63,929 nt of DNA, filler included, from Circinaria calcarea (GCA_051942165.1; 27 parts of 27 records of this genome joined end to end with filler, not necessarily neighbours in it); one strand, 5' to 3'; shown: positions 49,900-62,523, numbered from the whole stretch's first letter. Numbers and translations: made by a program. The notes: generated from the sequence alone by a model not told the origin.

Positions 49900-51304
49900 A
49901 AAAGCTCACGTCAAATAATTTGGATTCTTCCGTTGCTTGCATCCAGCTCGGCTCGGATACGGTTGGTGTCCGCACCAGAAGACAGCTCAGGAAGCGCTAC
50001 TGGCAAGAGAGGACGTGAGACAGATGCTCACTCGGTGGCGCTCTCGGTCGGAGATGCCTTGTTAGCTAACGTAGTACCGAGGATATCATGGTTAGACTCA
50101 AGGCGAGTGTGTGGAGGACCGTGCAAGGATGAGGGGGTAGGTGGTGGAGAGTTATGTGTCGGAGAATGGGGTTGAGACAGATACTGGATGGTTGTGGTAG
50201 AAATGCTACCGTTTGCAATGGTATGAGCGTATTTAGGTTGGGCGGTATAGTGATGGTAGGAAGAAGGTTTTGCCGGTATGAATTAGTAAGTAGGCACGCG
50301 GTGGACAATAGAAATGGCAACCCTAAATTACCCCCAGCCGTAGCTACTAACCCTTTCAGCCTAGGATTCGGGTATGGGACCACCAACATTGGAGGGGTCC
50401 CACAAATTTAGAGGTTAATATTTAGCGAGTAACTACGGTCGGGTTTGTCAATTTTTTGTCTACCGCGTGGTAGTTAAGGTTATTGTAAATACTATTTGAG
50501 TTAGGTGCCCGAGTAAATGGCATGAGACCCCTTTTGATTTATTTTAATCCCTGAAACGCCCTGGGCTGCTGGGAGATTTTGAATGAACGAGGGATTCCTC
50601 CAGTTCACCTGCCTTCGAGACTCCCTAGTACGGCGACGGAGATACCAAAGAACTAATGCAAGCAGAACAACAAGCACGGCGGCGCCACCAACTGCGCCCA
50701 CCGACTATAGCACCTATGGGAGTAAGACTAGAGATGCAGTACCTATAACAGCAGGTAATGCGCCCGGATCCAACGACTTTATACTAGAGACTGCAGATGT
50801 GCTGGTAGTAAAAGTAATTATTGGCTCAGTTGTGCTAATAGTAGATGATAAAGAGGTTGTTAAAGTTGTAATAAAAGGGGTATAGAAGCTGGTGCTCGAC
50901 AAGGAAGCTTTGGTGAATGATGAAGTGATTATGTAAGAGAGGCCAGGACTTGGTGAGAATTTTCCATCAATAGCCTGATCCAGATATTGGCATCTGGCCG
51001 TGATATCTCTAACCGGACACCCAGCATTGCATGGATTAGTCTTGAAACATCCCAGAAAAGGTGGTGGACCACTCTTGGTACAAGTGTCCCAGTGGCTGCT
51101 AGAAGTCGGACATTGCTGGTCCAAAAATTGACCGTGATATGTGGCATCAAAGCTGGCTAGCTCCAGGTTCCCATCCGGACAACAACTACTATATGGATGG
51201 CTGTTGCAACAGCCGATGAAGTATGAGCCATCATCACAAGTATACCAAGTACCACCCCTTGGACATGAAGGACTAAAATCCCAGCGCAGGAAGACACGAG
51301 ACAT
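49900..51304 (-). pseudogene. Degenerate Cys-rich cell-surface single-TM protein gene
   Basis: Two CP..WY.C..F.GCC..PC units with lost Cys residues, an S/T stalk, and stops/frameshifts at about 50700-50720 before the TM (GAVGGAAVLVVLLALVLWY). A probable tail (ELSSG..RAELDA) lies beyond a MITE. Confidence 0.6.
50295..50469. mobile_element. 175-bp MITE-like element with imperfect ~29-bp TIRs
   Basis: Left end CACGCGGTGGACAATAGAAATGGCAACCC matches the reverse complement of the right end, CACGCGGTAGACAAAAAATTGACAAACCC. Inner CCGTAG(C/T)TACT is also inverted. No clean TSD. Confidence 0.7.
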
Positions 51305-52243
51305 AGTGAAGAGTGCTAACCGAAGGGAAAGGATGTATACAGGCAGAAATAGATTCATACCTGCCAGAAAACTATGGCCTCGGGTCGTATGTAAGCGTAA
51401 GTCCTAGCCTTCGAAGCCTTCCTGATTCGAGTCTAGCCCAGAGTCTCAGGCTCGCCCATCAACGAAGGAAGGTGGTAGAATGGTATAAACAGCAAAGACA
51501 GCCAGTCAAGGTAGTCTACCGTGGCCTGATCTGCTTGCCTGCTGTATATGGCCACCACCACCCGAGCTTCGAGCCAATTCTTTTCTCTGTCGCCAAGTCG
51601 GTAGGCAACACCGGCCGTGATCGTAAGAAGCATTCAATGCGGCAAAGGGTTCGGTCGGCTGACGCCAAAAGATTATGTTCGCCAATAGCGCTACCGTCTC
51701 TTGCAAAGAAGTTGTCTCACATCCAGTTGAAGGTTCAGGGAGGTATTACTTTTGGCGAGGAGTAAACCTAATATAACTTGAGAACATTGGCTCTTGGGGG
51801 TTTGACAGATATCCAACTCTTCTCCTTTACCCTACGGAGCCGGCACACAGCCGCACTCCGGCATAAGGGAACAAGTCTGGGGGACCTGCGGAATGGCTGA
51901 TTAATCCACGCGTAGCCAAACCATCTCAATCGAAATTTACATACCCGTCTCTTCCCTCCCCCCCATCCTCCAACCCCCATCTCCATCACAGTCGCCCTCT
52001 ACCCACCCAAGACCAATCTACATGACCAGCGCGCCTCTCTCCCCGCACCGATCAATCCATTTAATCCACCCCCTTAAAATCATATCCAATTCCCCATTCC
52101 AACCAAACCAGCTCAGTACATCCCTCCCCCTTTCCCCTCAAACNNNNNNNNNNNNNNNNNNNNNNNNNNNNNNNNNNNNNNNNNNNNTTAATTAATTAAN
52201 NNNNNNNNNNNNNNNNNNNNNNNNNNNNNNNNNNNNNNNNNNN

Positions 52244-54505
52244 ACCAAGCGCAGGAATGGGCTCCTGCTAGTGACGCAACTGCCTAGCTTTTAGGCAGCC
52301 GGCATGGACCCGAAAGGGGGATTGGACCGGAGAATGACAACTGAACTTAACAGAACCCCCGGGTACCCAAGGGACCCCACTCCGGAAAAAAACTCCTGCT
52401 GCAACTAAATCTTGACCTATACTTTCTGACACAATCTTTCTGACACTTAATTCAATCTTAAACGCGTCTGGTGAAGATTCGCTATTCAGCGATATCAATT
52501 TCATCCTATCTCAGCGCGGTCGCGGTGTGGTTTCGACAGAGGTCGAATTCCCAACCAAAACCCCATAGAAAAAGACGCGTTTCTGACAAGACACAACCTC
52601 AAACAAGAGCAATGACTCAAACTATTATGAAATACACTGAGCTGATCGAGGCACTGGCTGCCGATGACAGCGTCGACCTCGAGAACCCCCAAACCATTCA
52701 GGATATCCTCGCTGCAGCCAAAAACAAGCGGGATACGCGTGCATCATCACCTCCTTCAACTGCCTTTCAACCCTCTGTCTCACTTAATCCCCCTACGATC
52801 GACATGAGACTCGGGCGCCACGAGAAAGACCTTCGACAACTGACTGCAGTTACAACCCTACTGGCCGCACGTTTAGAGCCCTTACTACAACAATCATCTT
52901 CATCAGGGCCTTTCGCCACGCCCATGCCCCGAGACGCGAGCGCGTCCATGCTTCCACCTCCTATTCCTCCAACGCGAGATGCACGCGTACACAAACAAAG
53001 ACCCACAACTAAGCCGCTTGTGGACGACCTCCTGATTACTGTCAAATTTACCAATGACGATCTACGACAAGGGTATCTCAGGCTCACGCCACAGCAGCTC
53101 CGAGAAGCGTTTAACAGACATTTAGCCCGATCGGCCGACCCAGAGGTACGGTCCATCAGGGCTAGAGTCGTTGAACATCTCAACAGCGGAGACCTCCGCA
53201 TTTGCACCCAGACACCGGCAGACAAGGACATCCTGAACCGGAAAGCAGAGATATGGATAAAGGAAACGTTCGGTAAAGGCGCCAAAGTGCTCCCGGCCAT
53301 ATACTACGTTAGATTCGACCGCGTTGATATCGCAGCGGTGTCTGGGTGTTGGGAGCGTCTCCTGGAGCTCGTCAACACTGAAAACGCGCTGCTCCTGCAG
53401 GGGGCCCGAGTCATCTACAGAGATTGGTCTCCGAAACCCTCGCCAGGAGCAAAACACGGCACAGTGGTACTGGGGTTCAACACGCCAGTGGCAGCCAATA
53501 GGGCCATCGACCAGGGTATAGCTTTCAAAGCTAGACTCAGTGCAGGACAGCTGCACGACCCTCGGGTGAAACTCACTCAGTGTTTTCGATGCCATAAATA
53601 CGGACACATACAGGCTGCTTGCGCAGCGGGAATCAATAGTTGTGGTCGGTGCTCCAAGAAAGGGCACCAGACCAAATCATGCCCCAAGAACTCCCCCGTC
53701 CGATGCGCCAACTGTCAGGAACCTCACCAAGCTCACAGTCTACAATGCAGAACCAGGAGGGAGGAGATACAGAGGCTTGCTCTCTTGAGAGAGCAGAAGC
53801 CTCGATATTGGCGTATTCCCGAAGGTAATAAGCTGCTAACAGACCACAGCCAACCACAGAACAATAATTACCCTCCTGCCTTGCCCCCAACGACAGAACC
53901 TGAAGCGAGATTCCACAACCCAGACCTATGGGAACCAGAGCCTGCGGCGACGAGGACGCTAATCTTCCCACTGCCAGAGTCGGACATAGGGACCTCAGAG
54001 ACTAGCCTGTCACTGCCTCCGGCGCCAAAGCGCAAAGCAGGAAGGGTGAACCCCTACAGCGCAGACAAGCCTCGCACTAAGACGCCGAAGACCATTATAC
54101 AAAAGGTCAGACAGGCCGAGGACGGCAAAGCGGGGAGAGCGAGGGCGAAAGCTCTGGCCAGCACCACTGCTCCGCCCCAACCAGCCACAATGAGTCCGTC
54201 GACAACGGGCTCAGAGGGGCCATTGCGGTCCGAGCTAATCGGCTCAGCGGAGGAGAGCACAGCGAGGGACAGTGAGATCGCAAGCCAGAGCATCACCACC
54301 TCAGGGCCAGAGAACGGCGAGAACAGGACGAGATCAGGCAGGACGTCCAGACCCACTGCCAAAGCGGAAGAGGCTAAGACGCGCCAATCTCCGGCTAGCG
54401 GCAAAAGGAAACGAGGGTCCCCACAAAACGCGTTGAGAACAGAACAGGGGGGGAGTAAACGGGCCAAGACAAGCGGCCCAAATGTCAATAAACGCGGTAT
54501 ATATC
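52244..54505 (+). mobile_element. Non-LTR retrotransposon (Tad1-like LINE) 5' region with gag-like ORF1 (ATG 52612, open to contig end)
   Basis: LNSGDLRI motif and three zinc knuckles QCFRCHKYGHIQAAC..CGRCSKKGHQTKSC..CANCQEPHQAHSLQC. Intronless. ORF2/RT is not present in the contig. Confidence 0.85.
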
Positions 54506-55164
54506 NNNNNNNNNNNNNNNNNNNNNNNNNNNNNNNNNNNNNNNNNNNNTTAATTAATTAANNNNNNNNNNNNNNNNNNNNNNNNNNNNNNNNNNNNNNN
54601 NNNNNTGGAAAGTATTAATCTAGGGGAAGGGAATTTCTATGGGTCGCATTTAGACAGCTGCAGGTTTATATCGGTTTGGGAGGATCTGTCTCTAGGTCTT
54701 TGTGGCGGATATATAGGGGAACACGAAATGGAAGGGGTACGGAAAAGTAGGAGATGGTGATTAATATACCCAGCGCCGCCAGTAATTCGAATAATACAAT
54801 TCAGCGCCTAAATTATAATTATTTTAACAATTTAAAGAATGAACTGGAATTACTAATTTAATTTGATATATTAAATTAAATTGGTAATTTAATGTAAGGG
54901 CTCTGCCCGAGAACCCCTACGAACCCTACGGGGGAACTATCTACCGAGGTCATGAGGTATTTATTGGTTTAGCGAGAAAGGTTTTCTCGCGAAGCGTTAG
55001 ACCAGAATTCTTTAGCAATAATTTATACGCTATACGAACCAACTGAGCACATTATCACACAGTTTACCGACCCTTGTTCGTAAGATCACTATACTATTCG
55101 TAAAGGATCCTTACATTTAATATATTTAGGGGCATTGAGTATAAGTGGGCAGGATGAGCAAACG

Positions 55165-55312
55165 TATTATATATAGCAGGCTATTCCCGCTCATTAGAAT
55201 AGCATGCTTATAAACACAACTGGAATAATAATAGACTAATATTACGTTCCAGGTAATCGTGCATTACGGAGTGACTCTATCCCTTATACAAGTCTAGCCA
55301 ATCCTAGCACTC
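55165..55312. repeat. Dispersed repeat, a less-mutated homolog of 20975-21115
   Basis: Shares GCAGGCTATTCCCGCTC.TTAGAATA and TAATATTA..TTCC...TAATCGT with the contig 9 copy. Confidence 0.7.
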
Positions 55313-55629
55313 TTATAGGTTGAATGAATGATGTATTTCTGTCGTGGGGAAGAGCCCCGGGATATATTATGGAGAATACGCTAACTTTCTCCGCTATTCC
55401 CTATACAGCAGACGCAGCCTGCGGTATAGCTATAACACTTATAATCGTGATATTCTCAATGATATAATCAGGCCAATAGTGCGGGAATATCGCGACGCTA
55501 CAGGGCTTGGCAATAATCGGATTTGCAAATCCATAAGCGAAGTAGTGAATACCATAGTATATTGAAATAGCTGAAAAGCAATAGTCGCTACTACTTCGCA
55601 GAGCTAAAGAGTTCTATCTCTGGAAACGT

Positions 55630-56481
55630 TCACTTGGTGCAAACAGCAGCCCAAGCCTCCATCATACACCCCACCTTCTCCCCATCCATGATGCAGAACT
55701 TACCCTGCATCTCATCCACAACCTGCGATGTGATGGGTGCCAGCTTCGCCTTCTCCTCATCCGTCCAGTTCCTCGAAACCAAAGCCCCAAAGTTCTCCAA
55801 CAACACCGTCACGAAGTCTGCTTTGTCCTTCCCCCACATGCCCTCCTTCACGACGCTGAACTCGACGCTTCCAAAACCGCCGTCTGTCAGCACCTTCTCT
55901 AACTTTTTTGGGTCGCACCATGGCTCCATCAGCGGCAGCTCCGTCAGCGGACTCGCGGGGTTCACGCGCTCCTGCACCTCCCAGAGAATCGGCTTAAAGC
56001 CAAACGTTTTCCAGAGCGTCACCACCGCGGTGCCGCCCGGCTTGAGCGTGCGGTAAATCTGCTTCGCGCCCGCAACGGGATCCGGAAAGAAGAAGATGCC
56101 AAAGTTGGTCAGGACCGCGTCGAACGAGTTATCCGCGTAGGTGAGGGTCTCGCCGTTCTCAACGCGCAGATCCTTGACCTGGGCCACGAGCCCGGGGTCC
56201 GCGGCGATGATGGCCTTGAAGGACTGCACCATCGGCGGCACCACGTCCGCAGCGGAGACCTCGGCTGAGGGGTAGACCTTAAGGAACTCTTGGGTGGCTG
56301 CACCGGTGCCGCAGGCGTTGTCGAGGACTGTTCCGCCTACGGTGGGAAAGGACTTGAGCAGTGGAGGCAGGTGTGAGGCGACTGCCCGGCAGGCATGGCC
56401 GACACGGTGTTCGTAGACCGAGATGACAGAGGCAAAGGCAGCGAGGCCCTCCTTGGCGCTGGCGGGGGCGGAAGAAGCCAT
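55630..56481 (-). CDS. Class I SAM-dependent methyltransferase, intronless, complete
   Basis: VLDNACGTGA, SAADVVPPMV, LTYADNSFDAVLTNFGIFFFPDP and IYRTLKPGG. Confidence 0.9.
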   Translation of the reverse strand: MASSAPASAKEGLAAFASVISVYEHRVGHACRAVASHLPPLLKSFPTVGGTVLDNACGTGAATQEFLKVYPSAEVSAADVVPPMVQSFKAIIAADPGLVAQVKDLRVENGETLTYADNSFDAVLTNFGIFFFPDPVAGAKQIYRTLKPGGTAVVTLWKTFGFKPILWEVQERVNPASPLTELPLMEPWCDPKKLEKVLTDGGFGSVEFSVVKEGMWGKDKADFVTVLLENFGALVSRNWTDEEKAKLAPITSQVVDEMQGKFCIMDGEKVGCMMEAWAAVCTK

Positions 56482-56962
56482 GTTGGGTGGGGTATTGTTG
56501 GAGGTGGGGATGCTAAGAAAGAGGCAGGAGGTAAGTAGGAAGTAGGCAGGATCGGTTGGCTTCTTGAACTTAAGACAGTGTATTGCAATGCAGTCTTAGG
56601 CATCATGATAACCCCTGGCTTAGTAAGCTATTAGTAAGGGCATTCAAGGCTGAAGTCCAATACAGTGTCGTTGATCACTCGCGGGCTTATGTACACGGTG
56701 GCCGTGGATTGTTGACTTGATGAGTTGAGGAGCCGGAGAATAAAGAAATCGCCGCTAACGGATTTTCAAAATGTGATTGCTGTGCCCTGCGCGCCGCGAT
56801 CACCTACTTCGAGAACTGGAATGTTTCAGCGAGGTGTTGCATACATGTATTCAAGGATCGTCNNNNNNNNNNNNNNNNNNNNNNNNNNNNNNNNNNNNNN
56901 NNNNNNTTAATTAATTAANNNNNNNNNNNNNNNNNNNNNNNNNNNNNNNNNNNNNNNNNNNN

Positions 56963-59218
56963 ATGATTATTGAATACGCATTTAATGCAGCAATCCTTCC
57001 TTCTAACAACGCACAAGACGTCCCTGTCTCTAGTTGTATACCAGTAAATATCGTTTAGCTGTAGCCATCTTGCAGCATTATTCTGCGTAACGTAAAAGAA
57101 CCATACGCCAGTAGCGTCCTCCTCTGAACACTTGACGCTCGGAGCACCCGGATGTTGGATCTCCCCTTGGGCTGAAGGGCCTAGAAACCGCTTGACAAAC
57201 ACTCGTTCTTGAGAGGCATTGAGATCCCCACCAGGTTCGGGCCATCGCGGCTTGTAGATATTGCCCAGATGCCTATCTTCCCGGATGAGCCTGGATTTTC
57301 CACACATGATATCATCAATCAGCTTCAAATCTTCGGGAGCCGAATCCTCACATTCACAGGGAGGTAGGACATCGAAGGCCATGCGAAGATTTTGCATCTC
57401 TCGGAAACCAATTTTGTATTTCTTATCAAGGTGGTGATACGACTGCCAATCGAAACTTTGCGTAATCGAGAAAGCATCGGAGCCATGATGCCCTACTAAG
57501 ACTGGCCCCCTTTTTGCAGTACTCACGCCGGGAAAATAAGTAACATGGTCCTGATGATCAAGCGTTTCACCTAAGGTGGATGATAACCTGACATCGTTAG
57601 GTCCGTCAATTATGCGAGTCTTTCGAACACCTCGACGGGAAGGTACACCCTGCATAACTCGGAAGGTCTCGACCGAGACGTCTACAGGATCCGCTGCATC
57701 AATACAGTCCAGAAACAACGACCAGCCCCATGCGCTTATAAGGACTGCTGGCTTGACATAGTCATCGGAGAAACAGTGGCCTAACAGAAGTCGAGAAAGG
57801 AGTTTAAAAGATACGATAAGATCTGGAAGAGGGCTAGAGGCGTTGAGGTCGAATTTCTCAATCCCATGATCGTCTTTTTGGAGTTGCCAATAGGCTTCTG
57901 TAGAAAGTGGGAGATTTATGCATTGTTCCAAGTCCCGTATTCTGGCAAACGTGAGCAGTATCGCCACCACACTTGGCCAGTTGACTTTACTCATAATAAT
58001 TTTTATATCCTTGCTCTTTTTGAGGGACTCCTTCATACTTGTCTCCACAAGTGCCATGTCGACGTGATCCAAGGCGAATAGGAAGCTGCCGGCATGAACC
58101 ACCTTTCGTTCGGTCAGATGCATATGTGGAAGGACTGTTTCTGGACCCTCATCGTTGTTTGACGTGATACTTGACCTAAATAGAGAAATACCGCGGCCTA
58201 TGATCCAATGTGAGCACATCTGTAATTCCCTGACCTCACTTGTGGCGAGTTTCAGGATCTTAAGACCGTATCCATAGGCATCCGCCCGATTCTCAAAACG
58301 TATAAAGGGGTCTTCATCGGACGCGGACAGTGAGAAGAGCGGCTCGTGTTTGTCTGCTGCGTCGAGTAATGAGGAACATGCTTGTTTGGGCTTACACTCT
58401 TCAAGATAAACACTACTTAGCCCCTGACCAAACTCAATGTCACCTCCTCTTGAAAGTCGAAGATTAACGTTAAGACCCAGTACATAGTGACACCATATCA
58501 CAATTGTACTCAGCCCAGTATCGCTCTTGATTTGAAGGAGTCGATCTTCTGGGAAGCTCTGCAAAGACTGAAGCCACATCAGTAGGGTCTGGAAGACCGC
58601 AAATGGCATAGAGCGGGTCGTGATACTCTTTGGCACTGCCTTCCCAGGGCTTTGAATTCTCCTTCTCTTTACAGCCCTATTCATACGTTGATCATCTCCT
58701 CTGGACGTCTCCAAGGCCGCGCGAATTTTTGATTCGACTGCATCGTAATACCATAGCCACTGGAAGGCGGTAGTCTGCTGCTGACAAGCCCTTATTGTCC
58801 CCAGGAGGGACACATAATCCGGCGTAGCTTCCAGGCCGGCACCAGAGTCACGAAGGATATTCTCAATTGCCGTCACAGTTGCATTGGCAAGGGGCACGTC
58901 TTCGTGAGCAAAAGCCAGTAAGGAGAGCTGGATAATCATGGAGAAAAGCGCAGGATTTTTGAGAGCTTCCTGGACCGTTGGTCCAGCGCCAGACTCCAGC
59001 ATGATATCAACGTATCTTGAGATGACAGATTGATCCGATTTTGCAACGACCCTCCTAAAGCTTATCTCCATGACGGGATCAATACGATGTCGTCCTAGGA
59101 GAGAAGCCAGCTTCATCTCCGTAATCGCATCCGATCCAGACCTCTTGATTGCATCGATCAGAGCCAATGACCCTAGCTTAGAAAGTGCTGTACTCAACGG
59201 GCTGGCGATATTCGTGAG
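56963..59218 (-). CDS. Large intronless hypothetical protein (>750 aa, open at both contig ends)
   Basis: An uninterrupted ORF spans the whole contig with globular-protein composition. No domain was recognised. Confidence 0.75.
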
Positions 59219-59318
59219 NNNNNNNNNNNNNNNNNNNNNNNNNNNNNNNNNNNNNNNNNNNNTTAATTAATTAANNNNNNNNNNNNNNNNNNNNNNNNNN
59301 NNNNNNNNNNNNNNNNNN

Positions 59319-59792
59319 CGAAGCGAGATACTTTGCCCACTGCCCAAGCACCTTGTACAGCTGTGCGTTGACCTTTTCATGGAGGAATGCAGCATGACCG
59401 CTTGGAGTTGCCATTGGCCAGTCGAGAATCGCATTGATCGGAAAGCCGACGAAGCCTACCCCGTAGGATACTTCATTCCATTCAGGTGCGCTCTTGATAA
59501 TAACGTTGAATAACTCGAGCATGTGGTGATAGTCCCGTACCTGCTTTGTGCCAGATGGATCGATGTTGTAAGGCGGTTTTTGGGGTATCTGCTCAAACAT
59601 TTGCTGAAAGAGCATCCAAAGGGCCGTGTCGCATTCTATTATCGCTTTAAACTCCTTAAGGACGGGATGTAATGGTTGTGGATAGGCTTCTGCCAGTTTC
59701 ACTGTTTTACGCAGCCAGTTTCGGACAGCCTCATGGTTAATCGGCAACCATCCACCAACTCTTGCAACCGGGAAATGCCTCGTTGTCACCAT
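59319..59792 (-). CDS. Phosphatidylserine-decarboxylase-like protein, PSDC/PsiD-type N-terminal domain (3'-truncated)
   Basis: RVGGWLP, LHPVLKEFK..IE.D, QVRDYHHML and GFVGFPINAILDWPMATPSG.AAFL..KVN. Confidence 0.85.
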
Positions 59793-61070
59793 ACTTCAAG
59801 CCCGCAATGTCTTCCTTGCAACTAACTTGTCAACGCCTGTTGGGATGGAAGGGATCGGCCTTGAAGATCAATACTTGCAATGAAGTTGGGAAAGACAAGA
59901 AAGCTTACGAAGCATACATTCCCTCGAAGGCAGAGGTACGTCCGGATTTAAAAGCCAGAAGCTTAGAACACGCATGATGAGGAAACCACATTCAGCCGCA
60001 GGTCTTTTGTCGAAATCGGTTCACACCGTCGTGCCTGCAATGACTTGCCTAGGATCCGCTATACTAAAATCACACGAAGGTCCGCATTTTCTTTCCAAAA
60101 GAGATGCTGACAGGCTTGATGTCCTCTCTGTGGATGGCAGCATCTCGGATTTGCCCGTCGACGATGAGTATATGCTGAATGAGACCACCGAGACCACCGT
60201 CGTGCCGGTATGGTAGCAGAACCCTGTTGAGTTTGGCTGCACAGTGGCTCTTTGGCTACTACTCAGGTAGCTACAGCATGACTTTCGTGATCCTTTTCGT
60301 ATTCTGAACATTATGAGACAACCGAAGAAGACCGTAGAAACCTTTGGCGGCCTGAGTGGCGATACCAAGAGATCCTACTCCACTCTGATCATCGATCCAT
60401 CCAAATCTTGGTCGGGGTGCATGACGTGCATTGAAGAAAGGATACCAATGGTGTAAGCCCCATTTCTGTTCTGCAAGTACGACGTGGAAGCGCTCTACTT
60501 AAGTCGCTGCGTCCTCTGGTCGACCAATGGGCCTGGCCACCGACAAGTACTGACCGCTCCATTGAAGGCGTCGAGCGAATCCGAGCCTGTGGCTTACTCA
60601 GCACTGCACCTTTACCACTACCCTCGTCATACGGTGTCACAATCTGTAGTCCTGTTGCCATGTTTCTCCGAAGATTGGTATGACTTTCTCTTTATATCGG
60701 AATCTTCAGCCCGACGGCTTTTCCAAAGTGCTTGTGTGAAGCTGAAAGTGGGAAGATGGTTTGAAATGGGACGTGATAATCAACTGCCGAGAACAAACAG
60801 AATAGGTGCAGTGTCACGTGAATCCTAATAAGTCATGGGAAGCGCCAAGCTCCACCTTATAGGTACATGCCTCTCCCAGCTTCGAATGCACAATACATCA
60901 TCCAGGTTCAGTGTATCCCTTTTGGAACATCCACGCTACCACAGCCATCATTTACGATACCGAAGCTGGCGAGCTCAACAGTCAGGCTAGTGATGGTTCT
61001 ATTCATCCAATCTATACTACGAGACAGATACGATTATATAACCAGCCTTTGATGATATCGTTTTGCTCAA

Positions 61071-61574
61071 CTATACCGTCCTTCTGAACCGTCCCATCGG
61101 TGGAGTGGACCGCTTTCTAAAGGGCTCGGTTGTGCCGGTAAAGTTACCAGCCTGCGTAGTGTAGTCGCCCACTTGAGTCAGACTGTCGATCCTGCCCAGA
61201 AGAAACTCCATTATCCTGTAAGCCGCGCCTGGGGTGTACTGAGGTACCTCTAATGGCCATGTCAGCAACTCGATATCCGTTCATGTCACGGGGACTAACC
61301 GTGGCCTGCGAGGTTAATGGTGACAAAAGTTAGTCCTCTTTCCGTGTGAGTCGTGCCCTGAATACCTGCCCCGGCATTGTTATTGAACGGTATCAGGTCC
61401 GTATTGCCTTGATCTACAGTATTTGCAACTTCACCGAGCTGTGGGTGGTAGGGGACAAAGAATGGGTCCGACGGGGCTGTCTGGAACCCCTGCATGCCGT
61501 TCCAAGTCATGTTTTGGATGGTGACGAGAGACCCATTGGCAAAGAGAAGGAAATCTAATAGACCGTGGGCGATG
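61071..61574 (-). CDS. Serine carboxypeptidase (S10), C-terminal fragment
   Basis: [55 protein letters not shown], including the catalytic His. Confidence 0.88.
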
Positions 61575-62220
61575 NNNNNNNNNNNNNNNNNNNNNNNNNN
61601 NNNNNNNNNNNNNNNNNNTTAATTAATTAANNNNNNNNNNNNNNNNNNNNNNNNNNNNNNNNNNNNNNNNNNNNTTCTCTTTCTGGATAAAGGGGGGAAT
61701 GAGCGTATATGTAAGTATAAAGCGTAAAGTAGGAATGAGGATGGGAATGGAATGAAGATAGGACATAAGAGATAGGAGATAGGAGATAGGGGATAGGAAT
61801 GACATCGGCGTCATCGGAGTCCGAAACATGTGTAATCGCAGTGGGGGAGGGAGGAGGGAGGAGGGAGATTCCCAATCAAAGGAAGCCGCGGAAGCCGCGA
61901 AACGAACCGCCTACTGGGGAAATCCGGCGTAAACGAACGCCAAGGGAGTGTATTTGCTTGAACATTATGAAATCTTTTGCTTAGTATAGTGGTTTCGGGG
62001 TGTGTTATAGTTAGAATGGGCAGCAGGCTTGGCTCCGTCGAGGACCAGGTATTTATAATACCCGCGGTAACGGTACCATAACAGTTATCAGATAACCGTA
62101 AAACCGAAAAGAAAAACAAACAAAAAGTATCAGTTTCTTTCGAGTTGAGTTTTAGCTAGGATGCTTAAAACCTAAATCGAGGGGGTTTCTACTTTTTTAT
62201 TGGCTTTTCTAAATATAAAG

Positions 62221-62273
62221 GGGGCTCCGTACTCTATAGGGGCTCCGTACTATGTAGGGGCTCCATATTATAT
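62221..62273. repeat. 18-nt tandem repeat GGGGCTCCGTACT.T.TA, 3 copies
   Basis: Visible directly. The third copy has transition changes. Confidence 0.8.
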
Positions 62274-62523
62274 GGGAACGTGTGTACGGGATGAGTTAAC
62301 CAACCAACCATGCCACCCAAATAGCAAAAGGTACTTGGCTATACTCTTCCATAGTTAAACCCGTTGGAATGGACGGTAATTAACACGGCAGTATAAGCCT
62401 ATTGGAACTCTCTTTCCACAAATTTTAATATTTAAGTTTCACTCCACAGCATTTTGTTTCATACGAGTAGTCGTCACGTTTTCATATCATTGCATTCATA
62501 TAATAATTGGAAAAGTTTTGTCA

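Noticed and set aside
52297..52335. GCCGGCAUGG matching the start of the HDV genomic ribozyme
   Set aside because: The P3/L3, P1 3' strand and J4/2 elements cannot be built from the following sequence.
55630..56481. Bacterial origin or horizontal transfer for the intronless GC-rich methyltransferase
   Set aside because: There is no Shine-Dalgarno or operon context, and the flanks carry this genome's repeat family. Lack of introns alone is insufficient without a phylogeny.
49489..59792. PsiK-like kinase, methyltransferase, PsiD-like gene (and the P450) as a psilocybin-like cluster
   Set aside because: Each lies on a different contig, these families are widespread, and the methyltransferase shows no specific PsiM resemblance.
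2328..61630. Regularly spaced TTAATTAATTAA repeats as a CRISPR-like or periodic array
   Set aside because: They are artificial all-frame-stop linkers flanked by Ns, joining length-sorted contigs.
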